This document shows positions 54,926-63,410 of a DNA stretch of 64,000 nt, piece after piece (within the stretch, counting starts at the first letter, position 1; each line of letters opens with the position of its first letter). Source of the DNA: an uncultured Candidatus Peribacteria bacterium (GTDB taxonomy: Bacteria > Patescibacteriota > Gracilibacteria > UBA4473). The stretch covers positions 4,006 to 68,005 of the forward strand of contig CAZDZO010000001.1 in the NCBI GenBank assembly GCA_964509975.1. The letters run 5' to 3'. The position numbers and the translations under genes are program-made. The notes under the pieces are model-generated. The model ran no database searches. It was not told the DNA's origin and saw only the letters and a program-made list of their open reading frames with translations.

Positions 54926-57532
54926 ATGGATAAAGCTTACGATCATAATTCAACAGAAGACGGGATTTATAAATCTTGGGAAGACTCTGGAAATATGCGT
55001 GCCGACAGTGATTCTGCAAAAGATCCTTTTACTATTGTACTGCCTCCTCCTAATGTGACAGGGCAGTTACACCTCGGACACGCAGCAATGCTAGCCATAG
55101 AGGATATCATGATCCGATACCAAAAGATGACCGGCAAAGAAGTGCTCTGGTTGCCTGGAACCGATCACGCCGCAATTGCAACCGAGAATGTGGTACTCAA
55201 GCACTTGGGAATTGCGAGCCGAGAAGAAATGGGACGAGAAGAATTTTTGGGAGAATGCCGAAAATTTGCCCAAGAAAAACATGATCGCATCGTGCATCAG
55301 ATCAAGAAAATGGGAGCGTGGCTTGATTGGTCGCGAGAAGCTTACACATTTGATGACGAACGAAATCATTCGGTAAATACGATCTTCAAGCAATTGTACG
55401 ACGATGGACTTATTGTTCGTGGACACAGAATGATCAATTGGTCAGTGGGAGCACAATCCGTGATTGCTGATGACGAAGTTGAATGGGACGATAACGAAGG
55501 TGAATTCTACGACATTCAATGTGGACCATTTATCATTGGAACATCTCGTCCTGAAACAAAATGTGCTGACAGTCCGGTAGTATTAAATCCAGCAGCTGAT
55601 TATGTGAAAGCGGAAAAAAAGAGTGACAAATCTCCGCTCATTATTTCCAAACACAAATGGGATGATGGGGTGCATTTTCCGAATGAATATGATTTGAAAG
55701 AAGTAATAAAAGGAAAGAACCTCGAAGGCATGGAGTTTGAATTTGAAACGTATGCGGGAAAGAGAAAGTTCTATGTGTTGGTGGATGAGTGCATCGATCC
55801 AAAGTTTGGAACGGGAGCCATGACGATTTCAACATCACACTCATTGGAAGATTATGAGCTTGCTCAGAGACACGATTTACCGATGTTACAAAAGATTGAT
55901 TTCGAAGGAAAAATGACGGCTGTTTCTGGTCCGTGTGAAGGCATGACCGTGGCGCAGGCGCGGAAAGAGTCTGTAAAACACATGGAGAAAAAAGGACTCT
56001 TGGTTTCTCGAATTCCATATTCTAATCGTGTACCAAAGTGTTACCGAAGTGGGTGTGTTATTGAGCCGATGATTTCTCCGCAGTGGTTTGTAAGTGTGGA
56101 GAAAGAATTTACGGACAAATTTACAGGGAAAGAAACGACCCTCAAGAAGCTCACACAAGAAGCGATTCGAGAAGGTGATGTAAAAATTATTCCGAAGCAA
56201 TTTGAAAAGACCTATTTCCAATGGATCGACAACTTGCGCGATTGGTGTATCTCTCGACAGATTTGGTGGGGCCATCAAATTCCGGTGTGGTATGACGAGA
56301 AAGGAGGAATTGCGGCCGTTGGCGAAGCGCCTGCTGATACGAAGCTAAAACAAGACAAAGACACTCTCGACACATGGTTCTCAAGCGCCCTGTGGCCCTT
56401 TTCAACACTCGGTTGGCCTAATGAAGAAGCTGAAGATTTGAAGAAATTTTATCCAACATCTGTTCTTGAAACCGGACACGATATTCTCTTTTTCTGGGTC
56501 GCGCGAATGATTATGTTCGGACGATATGCGACAGGGAAATATCCATTTGATACTGTGTATTTACACGGAATGGTGACCGATGAGCATGGGAAAAAAATGT
56601 CAAAATCGAGGAACAATGGAATCGATCCGCTCGAAATGATTGACGAGTTTGGGGCTGATGCCGTTCGTTTATCACTGGTAATTGGAACGAGTCCAGGAAA
56701 TCCTATCCCAATTGGAAAAGCCAAGATTGGAGGATATCGAAACTTCGTAAACAAGCTCTGGAATGCGGGACGGTTTGTGCAGATGCAGATGGAAGAAAGG
56801 GAATCTGGAAGCACTGAACCAAAAAGTTTGGCTGATAAATGGATTGCATCTCGGTTTTCTGCTGTTTCAAAAGAAATTGCAACACACTTGCAAAAACATG
56901 AAATATCCATTGCGGGAGATAAAATTTATCACTTCGTATGGGACGAATTCTGCGACTGGTACATCGAAGCGAGCAAGGTAGAAAAAAATCCTGCTTTCTT
57001 GAAACACATCTTCTTAGAAATACTCAAACTCACTCACCCGCTCTGTCCATTTATCACGGAGAAGCTGTGGGGAGAACTCGCTGATGATGGATTTTTGGTG
57101 AACCAAGCATTTCCAGTTTCCAATTTCACGGACAATACAGCTGAAAAGACCTTCTCAATGACACAAGAAATTGTAACCGAAATTCGTCGCGTACGCGCTG
57201 ACAATCAATTGAATCCAAAAGAAAAGCTCTCCATTCAACTCTCTGGAGAGGTGGACGAAAGATTGATAACAACACTTGCTGGAGTGAAATTTGAAGATGT
57301 AGACAAAGCTTCTGCTACAAAAATTGTTGTAGGAAAATTGGATATATTTGTTCAAATCCCAATTGATGAAAAACGTATTGCTCGTGAAAAATCTGCTCTC
57401 GAAGCCCAAATCAAATCTCTTGAAGTTCGTCTTGGAAATAAAGGCTATGTCGACAAAGCACCAGCGCATCTAATCGAGCAAACCAAGAAAGAACTTGAAG
57501 ACGCACAAGAAAAACTACAAAAGCTTTTGTGA
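54926..57532 (+). CDS. valS: valyl-tRNA synthetase
   Basis: ATG at 54926. 'PPPNVTGQLHLGHA' (HIGH), 'KMSKSRNN' (KMSKS) and a C-terminal coiled coil. Confidence 0.93.
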   Translation: MDKAYDHNSTEDGIYKSWEDSGNMRADSDSAKDPFTIVLPPPNVTGQLHLGHAAMLAIEDIMIRYQKMTGKEVLWLPGTDHAAIATENVVLKHLGIASREEMGREEFLGECRKFAQEKHDRIVHQIKKMGAWLDWSREAYTFDDERNHSVNTIFKQLYDDGLIVRGHRMINWSVGAQSVIADDEVEWDDNEGEFYDIQCGPFIIGTSRPETKCADSPVVLNPAADYVKAEKKSDKSPLIISKHKWDDGVHFPNEYDLKEVIKGKNLEGMEFEFETYAGKRKFYVLVDECIDPKFGTGAMTISTSHSLEDYELAQRHDLPMLQKIDFEGKMTAVSGPCEGMTVAQARKESVKHMEKKGLLVSRIPYSNRVPKCYRSGCVIEPMISPQWFVSVEKEFTDKFTGKETTLKKLTQEAIREGDVKIIPKQFEKTYFQWIDNLRDWCISRQIWWGHQIPVWYDEKGGIAAVGEAPADTKLKQDKDTLDTWFSSALWPFSTLGWPNEEAEDLKKFYPTSVLETGHDILFFWVARMIMFGRYATGKYPFDTVYLHGMVTDEHGKKMSKSRNNGIDPLEMIDEFGADAVRLSLVIGTSPGNPIPIGKAKIGGYRNFVNKLWNAGRFVQMQMEERESGSTEPKSLADKWIASRFSAVSKEIATHLQKHEISIAGDKIYHFVWDEFCDWYIEASKVEKNPAFLKHIFLEILKLTHPLCPFITEKLWGELADDGFLVNQAFPVSNFTDNTAEKTFSMTQEIVTEIRRVRADNQLNPKEKLSIQLSGEVDERLITTLAGVKFEDVDKASATKIVVGKLDIFVQIPIDEKRIAREKSALEAQIKSLEVRLGNKGYVDKAPAHLIEQTKKELEDAQEKLQKLL

Positions 57533-57550
57533 GTATTCTCGCTTATAGAC

Positions 57551-57589
57551 TTGACAAACCACTGCCAAGTGTGGTATAATTAGGAGATA
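57551..57589 (+). promoter_or_regulatory. orphan copy of the promoter-plus-start module (TTGACA-18nt-TATAAT-TAGGAG-ATA), firing antisense into the next gene
   Basis: Core GTGGTATAATTAGGAGAT is identical to 12541-12558, but ATG is replaced by ATA and no plus-strand gene follows. Confidence 0.5.
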
Positions 57590-57601
57590 GGGGTAAATAC
57601 T

Positions 57602-59263
57602 TTATTCCGTAATAAGCTCATGCACCTTTTGCATCATCTTTGCCGCTTCGGCTCGGAGAATTGAGTTTTTTGGTTGAAATGTTCCGTCAGGATATCCATT
57701 AATGATGCCCAGTTTTTTTCCGTGCTGGATGATGTGAATGTCTGGAGAATGATAGTCAACATCGATAAAAGAACTTCTCACAATTACATCTGGAACATCT
57801 ACATGAAACACTTCAAAGATAGCACGAAGAACTTCAACTCTATCTGCTTTTTTGTCTGGATTTGGATGACCTGCCCACATCGTCATCCCAAGAGATTCTC
57901 CCATCGCAATTTCATCATGTGCCCAGTGATTCTCTGCATATGAATTGGCTGGTATTAAGGCTGGATCGAATGGCATATTTGCCAGTTGAAAAAGCATATT
58001 TGTAATTTCTGCTTTTGTTACCGGATCCCCAGGACCAAAGAGTCCTGTTTCGTTTCCGTTGTCATCAAGATAACCGCCAATGATACCCAAGTTTTGAAGG
58101 AACCTCACAGGTCCCAAGAACCACGCTTCTTCATCAACATCGATAAATGGAATTTCTCCTACCCGAAATTTTTCGCGTGCAGAACTCGTCCGTGCCTCAA
58201 CCACAAGGGAGTTCAATAATTCAATTTCCTGCTCTAGTCGCGTTCTATCTGAAAGCATCTGTGTAAATTCCAAAAAGTTCTCGATGTATTGAATAAGGTT
58301 TCGTCGCGGTGTTGGTTTAAAATTATATTGATGAAGTACAAAAGAAAGTTCTGTAAGTCTGTCAGCCCCTTTGTCACTAATTCGTGGACGCAAGGCGTTC
58401 AGTTCAACATGTTTCACATCAAAGAGTTCTACCGCTTGTTTGAAGTTTGCAATACGAGGCACTTCCTCTGGAAAACACTCCCCATCATACTGCCAAAAAA
58501 CATCTTTCTTTTTGTTGAGATAACACATGTTACTATAGATTTTTCCATCGCTCCCACATACGGGATCGTAATCATCCGTACAAGCCGTTTCTTCTGGAAA
58601 ACTCCAGTGCTGACAAGCCCCTTCGTGGACAATTTCCATTCCTTTTTGAAAAGGAAAACAGCGATTATAGTATGTTTTCCCGTCGCTTCCGCACACAGGT
58701 TCTTCGCGTAAATTACATTCTGGCGAAGGACTTTCAATATGATTTCCAAGTAATATTTTGTTAGCCGTAATAGGAAAGTCTCCCATGAACCACGTATCAG
58801 GATCGCGGAAATCGTCTTCTTCGAGAACAAGAAATTCTGGGTTGGGAATAGAGAACTGGTGTTCCCCTGAAAATGTTCCCATGGAAGTGTCGGCTAAAAT
58901 ACGAAACTCCGTTGTTTTGTTGTCTGGCAACCAGACATTTAAGTTTGAAAATTGCATTACATCACTGTCTGCCAATGCCATTTTTCCGAGTGATTTATTC
59001 CCTTGCATAAGTTCATACCGCACAAATTGATCGCGATTATCTCCTTGATGAAGAAAGCGAAATTTCTTTAATGTTACTCCTTCTGCATTATGGTTTGATG
59101 CCGTCATCCAAACGCGAAAAACTTCCACGTTTTCTACTCCCGGTTCCATTCTTTGGGTAGGTAAGTTACTCGGACTGAGACGAACCTCAAGTTCAGGACG
59201 AACAGCTGCAAAGGTGCTTGAAAAAAGAAAAAGAAAACCGAATGCAATCACGTATTTTTTCAT
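57602..59263 (-). CDS. secreted protein with two Kazal-type inhibitor domains and C-terminal SLH domains
   Basis: Signal peptide 'MKKYVIAFGFLFLFSSTFAA'. 'CNLREEPVCGSDGKTYYNRC' and 'CTDDYDPVCGSDGKIYSNMC'. C-terminal 'FIDVDYHSPDIHIIQHGKKLGIINGYPDGTFQPKNSILRAEAAKMM'. Confidence 0.75.
   Translation of the reverse strand: MKKYVIAFGFLFLFSSTFAAVRPELEVRLSPSNLPTQRMEPGVENVEVFRVWMTASNHNAEGVTLKKFRFLHQGDNRDQFVRYELMQGNKSLGKMALADSDVMQFSNLNVWLPDNKTTEFRILADTSMGTFSGEHQFSIPNPEFLVLEEDDFRDPDTWFMGDFPITANKILLGNHIESPSPECNLREEPVCGSDGKTYYNRCFPFQKGMEIVHEGACQHWSFPEETACTDDYDPVCGSDGKIYSNMCYLNKKKDVFWQYDGECFPEEVPRIANFKQAVELFDVKHVELNALRPRISDKGADRLTELSFVLHQYNFKPTPRRNLIQYIENFLEFTQMLSDRTRLEQEIELLNSLVVEARTSSAREKFRVGEIPFIDVDEEAWFLGPVRFLQNLGIIGGYLDDNGNETGLFGPGDPVTKAEITNMLFQLANMPFDPALIPANSYAENHWAHDEIAMGESLGMTMWAGHPNPDKKADRVEVLRAIFEVFHVDVPDVIVRSSFIDVDYHSPDIHIIQHGKKLGIINGYPDGTFQPKNSILRAEAAKMMQKVHELITE
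58475..58717 (-). other. tandem Kazal-like domains (aa 184-264 in ORF-track numbering)
   Basis: Cys spacing and the 'PVCGSDGKxY.N.C' core, present twice. Confidence 0.7.
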
Positions 59264-59318
59264 CAAGTTTTACTTTACACCCTTTCTTGAAAAAGAAAAA
59301 TCGAGCCTTCTTCTTTTT

Positions 59319-59354
59319 ATAAAAAATACCCCACCGCCCTGTAACGGGGGTGGG
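59319..59354 (-). terminator. intrinsic terminator candidate for CDS 59370..59861
   Basis: Minus-strand hairpin CCCACCCCCG-TTACA-GGGCGGTGGG followed by a T-run. Confidence 0.55.
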
Positions 59355-59369
59355 ATATACCGGATACTT

Positions 59370-59861
59370 TTACTCTTTCTCCGGCGGAAAAAATTCGTTT
59401 ATCAACATTCTTACCATTCCTGTTAAAACTGCCAATTGGTACTGAGAAAAAATACAAGTCCCAATGGCACCCGGTTTCAGCTTTGTGTCCATATAGACCA
59501 ATTGCATCTTCCCTTCTCCTTCTCCTATGTGAATAGATCGTTCCTCAGCTCCCAAAACAATTGAAAACTGAGAAAAAGAGAGTGATTGAAGTTTCTGCGA
59601 ACCACATTTTCCCAGAATAAAATCAGAATAAACACTGATAAAATTTCTTTTCTTTTCTTGACCAAGAAACACTGTGTGTTCTGTTTTTCTCACTTCCGTT
59701 TTTTTTTCATTTGTGATCGAAAAAATAAAATTTACGATCGTGTTAAAAATTTCGTTTGCATCTTTGATAAACTCATCCCCCGCTGATTTCTTCTGTAAAG
59801 AGAAATAAGGATTTTCTTTGCTTAATAGAGGATATTCACACGCTTTTTGTTGTGTTTTCAT
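59370..59861 (-). CDS. hypothetical protein
   Basis: 163-aa ORF with an ATG start. No motif recognised. Confidence 0.4.
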   Translation of the reverse strand: MKTQQKACEYPLLSKENPYFSLQKKSAGDEFIKDANEIFNTIVNFIFSITNEKKTEVRKTEHTVFLGQEKKRNFISVYSDFILGKCGSQKLQSLSFSQFSIVLGAEERSIHIGEGEGKMQLVYMDTKLKPGAIGTCIFSQYQLAVLTGMVRMLINEFFPPEKE

Positions 59862-60051
59862 GATTCCTTTTGTTTAGGTTAACTTAATATATTTACTCGA
59901 CAATGATTTATCCAAATTTCATGAACAAATCACTGTCGAGCATGGTAAGAAATGTAAAAGATCGAATTTTTCGGTAGACACGATAAAAATTATCGTGCAT
60001 ACACACTTGCTATATAGCCCAAAAACCGGACAGTGTCAATGCCTCTTTCTC

Positions 60052-60342
60052 CTAAAAGGGCAAATCCTCAGCAGATGGTTCTCCCAAATCAGCCGGCGCC
60101 TCCTTCGCAGGAGCGGCCTCTTTTTTTTCTTGGTTTGGTTTCCAGTCATCCACTTGTAGGTAGTGTGTCATTCCACTCGCACTGGGTTCTCGTCGTTCGC
60201 AAACTTTTACGTTTACCCATCCATTGTCGAGATTCTGTTGCATCGCTTGTATGTCACTCTCTGAGATACTCAGCTTCATCATGTCTCCGAAGCGCGTTGT
60301 TATTTTCTTTCCGTTTCCGCAGTAAACTTTTTCTTCACTCAT
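60052..60342 (-). CDS. small hypothetical protein with SSB-like acidic C-terminal tip (..EPSAEDLPF)
   Basis: 96 aa with an ATG start. A Pro/Ala/Glu-rich linker leads to a terminal 'DLPF', resembling the SSB 'DDDIPF' tip. Confidence 0.45.
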   Translation of the reverse strand: MSEEKVYCGNGKKITTRFGDMMKLSISESDIQAMQQNLDNGWVNVKVCERREPSASGMTHYLQVDDWKPNQEKKEAAPAKEAPADLGEPSAEDLPF

Positions 60343-60491
60343 GTTTAAAAAATTAATCGAAAAGAGTGTAGTTGTTTTTATAAAATTCTCTAGTCAAAAT
60401 ATTAAAATAGTTCAAAAGTCGAAGAGTCCAAGAGTTAAAGAGAAATTACTTTTAGACTTTTATACTCTTCTACTCTTTAACTTGTAATTTT

Positions 60492-61472
60492 TTAAACTTT
60501 CTCTCGACAGTTTTCGACCCACTCTTTGTTTTCAAGGTACCATTTAATTGTCATCGGAAGAGCTTCTTCGAACGTGTGACGCGGTTTCCACCCAAGCTTC
60601 TTTTCAATCTTGCTCGCATCCATGGCGTAACGTTCATCGTGCGCTTTTCTGTCGGTGATGAATGTGATTTTAGATGTTGAATCCGGAACGTTTTCGAGAA
60701 TAAGGTTTGTAATTTCAATGTTTGATTTTTCATTGTGTCCTCCGATATTCCAGACTTCTCCTGGGTCTGATTTCTCGAAAGCCAACAAGATTGCTTCGCA
60801 GTGATCCTCTACATAGAGCCAATCGCGAACATTGGTTCCATCTCCGTATAAAGACAGGTCTTCGTTTCCCATTGCCCGAAAGAGGAAGAAGGGGATCAAT
60901 TTTTCAGGGAATTGGTAGGGTCCGTAATTATTAGAACATCGTGTAATAATTGCATCGAGTCCATAGGTCTCGTGCCACGAAAGAACAAGAAGATCTGCTG
61001 CTGCTTTGGCTGCTGCATACGGACAATTAGGAGCAATGGGCGTCTCTTCTGTGAAATAATTTGTCGACCCTTCTCCCAAATCTCCATACACCTCATCTGT
61101 CGAAACTTGATGATATCGCTTGATCTCATATTTTCTCGACGCCTCAAGCAACGTATGCGTCCCAACAATGTTTGTTTGAATAAAGGGGTTGGAATCCTCA
61201 ATAGATCTGTCTACGTGTGTCTCTGCCGCAAAATGAATCACTCCGTCGAACTGTTCTTTTGCGAAGAGTTGATCAACAAAATCCACATCCGCAATATCTC
61301 CTTCGACAAATGTATACCGAGGGTCATCTTCAATATCTCGTAGGTTCTCAAGGTTTCCAGCATAGGTGAGCTTGTCGAGGTTCACAATTTCGTATTCTCT
61401 GTTTTCCAAAATATGGTGAATAAAGTTTGATCCAATGAATCCAGCGCCACCAGTGACAAGTATCTTTTTCAT
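60492..61472 (-). CDS. rfbB: dTDP-glucose 4,6-dehydratase
   Basis: 'MKKILVTGGAGFIGSNF', 'YAAAKAA' (YxxxK) and 'RCSNNYGPYQFPEKLIP'. Confidence 0.9.
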   Translation of the reverse strand: MKKILVTGGAGFIGSNFIHHILENREYEIVNLDKLTYAGNLENLRDIEDDPRYTFVEGDIADVDFVDQLFAKEQFDGVIHFAAETHVDRSIEDSNPFIQTNIVGTHTLLEASRKYEIKRYHQVSTDEVYGDLGEGSTNYFTEETPIAPNCPYAAAKAAADLLVLSWHETYGLDAIITRCSNNYGPYQFPEKLIPFFLFRAMGNEDLSLYGDGTNVRDWLYVEDHCEAILLAFEKSDPGEVWNIGGHNEKSNIEITNLILENVPDSTSKITFITDRKAHDERYAMDASKIEKKLGWKPRHTFEEALPMTIKWYLENKEWVENCREKV

Positions 61473-61656
61473 CGCCGGCAACCTACCATATTTTCAAAAA
61501 AAAATCTTTGAAATTTTCAAGAATTTCCGTATAACCTTTTCGCTGTTTTCCAAAAGATTATGAGCGCAGGGTGGCGCAGGACGAATAGGGTTGAATGAGT
61601 GTAGCGAATGAAATCCGTTAAATGAGTCCGAGAACTCTGTGCGAATAAAGAGGAGC

Positions 61657-61719
61657 GATCACGAAGTATGACGCCCTTCGTCGAAGACGAAGAAGTCCAA
61701 CGAAGTGATCCAGCGACGA
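61657..61719 (+). ncRNA. conserved structured 5' leader immediately upstream of tRNA-Thr
   Basis: 55/63 nt identical to 63206-63268. Nested stems GATCAC/GTGATC and CTTCGTC/GACGAAG, each with one compensatory change in the other copy. Confidence 0.6.
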
Positions 61720-61794
61720 GCCGTCATAGCTCAGTGGTAGAGCACGACCATGGTAAGGTCGGGGTCTTGGGTTCAAATCCCAATGACGGCTCCA
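61720..61794 (+). tRNA. tRNA-Thr (anticodon GGU), CCA encoded
   Basis: Hand-folded cloverleaf: acceptor GCCGTCA/TGACGGC, D arm GCTC..GAGC, anticodon stem CGACC/GGTCG with loop ATGGTAA, T arm TTGGG-TTCAAAT-CCCAA. Confidence 0.92.
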
Positions 61795-61894
61795 GCCTTC
61801 GCCCGAAGAGCTTCGGCTGGCAAGCCAAGCGATTCGTTTCGCGAAGTGCTGTCCTCCGAATCCCGATTTATCGGGAGAAGGGGGACCTTTTGAA

Positions 61895-63124
61895 TTGCTT
61901 TTAAACTTGATTTCCAGTAAACACTCACCCGTGAAAACCTACCTCTTCGTTCTCGGCAGAAACCCAATTCTCTCTCGAACAGAGTTACTGCCTTTTTGTG
62001 ATGAACTGTTTTATGCAGAAGATAAATCATTAATGTTGGCAGAGAATATAAAATTCGAAAACCCACGAGATTTACCCAAATCTCCCGAACAAATTTTCCT
62101 CGACAGACTCGGTGGAACGATTCGGATGGGAGAAGTTTTGGGGGAATTTCGAAGTGAGAAAGAAGTGCAAGATGAGATTGTGAAGCAGGTTCAAACCGAC
62201 AAACCCGAGGGAAAAGTGCAACTTGGGGTGTCAGCATGGGGATGCGGAAAGACCTTTCTCCGACACTTCTTACCTGAGATGAAGAATGCTCTTCGTGCCC
62301 AACACGATCGGAACTGTCGTATCGTGAATGCGCCTGGAAAAAATCTTGATTCTGGAAAAATCTTTGGCGAAAAACTTTTGAAAAAAGGTTTTGAATTTCT
62401 CGTTTGGAAACGAAAAGACACTTTCCTCTTGGCAAAAACAGCGGCTAATCAAAATCTGAGAAACTATGTTTTGAGAGATCGCGATAAGGATTTCCGAGAT
62501 GCGCGTATGGGAATGCTCCCTCCGAAGGTGGCTCAAATCTTGCTCAACCTTGCCAGCCCTTCGTGGGACGACGTTGTCATTGATCCGTTTTGCGGAAGTG
62601 GAACGGTTAACATTGAAGCGGCCATTACAGGATTCAAGACAATCGGTTCTGATCTCGACGAAAAACGAACCAAAAAAGCCAAAGAGAATTTTGAACAAAT
62701 GGCAGAAAAATTTCGATATGAAAAAGATTCTGGTGAGTTTTTTGCGGGTGATGCACTTAAATTTCCTCTCAAGAAAGCTACGGGTGTCTTTGTAACAGAG
62801 GGATTTTTGGGGGATGTATTTGAGAAGCATGCCACGGTGCAATCAATCGCTGATGCTAGTCGATTCATTCTCCACATGTGGGAAAAAACAATAGCCCACC
62901 TTGAAGATTCGTCTGTGCACACCATTGCCCTTTGTCTTCCCGCATGGAAATTTAAAGGAAAAACAATTTCGATAAGCGAAGATTTATTTGCTAAAATAGC
63001 GAAAAGTTCTTATATTCCGTCCGCTCTTTTTGATGGGAAAAAAACATTTATTTATTCCAGACCTGATAGTTTTGTGGGAAGGGAAATATGCGTTCTTTCT
63101 AAAAACCCTCCGAATGAGGGGTAG
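61895..63124 (+). CDS. putative RNA methyltransferase (UPF0020/Trm11-like class I SAM MTase)
   Basis: 'GMLPPKVAQILLNLA' and 'VIDPFCGSGTVNIEAA'. The start is non-ATG (TTG at 61895 or GTG at 61931). Confidence 0.6.
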   Translation: MLLNLISSKHSPVKTYLFVLGRNPILSRTELLPFCDELFYAEDKSLMLAENIKFENPRDLPKSPEQIFLDRLGGTIRMGEVLGEFRSEKEVQDEIVKQVQTDKPEGKVQLGVSAWGCGKTFLRHFLPEMKNALRAQHDRNCRIVNAPGKNLDSGKIFGEKLLKKGFEFLVWKRKDTFLLAKTAANQNLRNYVLRDRDKDFRDARMGMLPPKVAQILLNLASPSWDDVVIDPFCGSGTVNIEAAITGFKTIGSDLDEKRTKKAKENFEQMAEKFRYEKDSGEFFAGDALKFPLKKATGVFVTEGFLGDVFEKHATVQSIADASRFILHMWEKTIAHLEDSSVHTIALCLPAWKFKGKTISISEDLFAKIAKSSYIPSALFDGKKTFIYSRPDSFVGREICVLSKNPPNEG

Positions 63125-63205
63125 CTGAGTGCGAGTAAGATGCGCGAGTGTAACGAGCGAATCTGTTAAGCGAGCACGAAGACCTCCTTATGAGGAAAGA
63201 TGAGT

Positions 63206-63268
63206 GGTCACGAAGTCTGACGCCCTTCGCCAAAGGCGAAGAAGTCCAACGCAGTGACCCAACGACGA
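63206..63268 (+). ncRNA. conserved structured 5' leader immediately upstream of tRNA-Asn
   Basis: Homologue of 61657-61719, with stems GGTCAC/GTGACC and CTTCGCC/GGCGAAG. Confidence 0.6.
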
Positions 63269-63343
63269 TCCCGGGTAGCTCAGTGGTAGAGCAATTGGCT
63301 GTTAACCAATTGGCCGCCGGTTCGAATCCGGCCCCGGGAGCCA
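63269..63343 (+). tRNA. tRNA-Asn (anticodon GUU), CCA encoded
   Basis: Hand-folded cloverleaf: acceptor TCCCGGG/CCCGGGA, anticodon stem ATTGG/CCAAT with loop CTGTTAA, T arm GCCGG-TTCGAAT-CCGGC. Confidence 0.92.
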
Positions 63344-63354
63344 TTTGAAAAAGA

Positions 63355-63379
63355 ACAAACCCTTGCGGTTTGTTTTTTT
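63355..63379 (+). terminator. intrinsic terminator after tRNA-Asn
   Basis: ACAAACC-CTTGC-GGTTTGT followed by a T-run. Confidence 0.7.
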
Positions 63380-63410
63380 CGAATTTGCACGCGAAGCGTG
63401 TCGAACCGAA

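Noticed and set aside
59898-59942. A 13-bp inverted repeat, CTCGACAATGATT..AATCACTGTCGAG, upstream of hypothetical gene 59370..59861, considered as a possible operator.
   Set aside because: It is real in the sequence (one mismatch), but there is no regulator or second copy to connect it to. It is recorded only as an unexplained inverted repeat.
60405-60480. Apparent long hairpin in the low-complexity tract next to rfbB (words AAAAGTC/GACTTTT, GAAGAGT/ACTCTTC, AGAGTTAAAGAG/CTCTTTAACT), and a similar tract at 26655-26705.
   Set aside because: The complementary words occur in the same order on both sides, not in mirrored order, so they do not form a simple hairpin. The similarity between the two tracts is limited to short A/T-rich words, so I treat them as low-complexity spacers.
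61668-62435. ORFs 61668..61904(+) and 61773..62435(-), which overlap tRNA-Thr and the methyltransferase gene. Also ORF 63099..63344(-), 'MAPGAGFEPAANWLTANCSTTELPGI'.
   Set aside because: They are translations of tRNA genes and of the antisense strand of a supported CDS. The 'GFEPA..STTELP' type peptide is the usual artefact of reading a tRNA.
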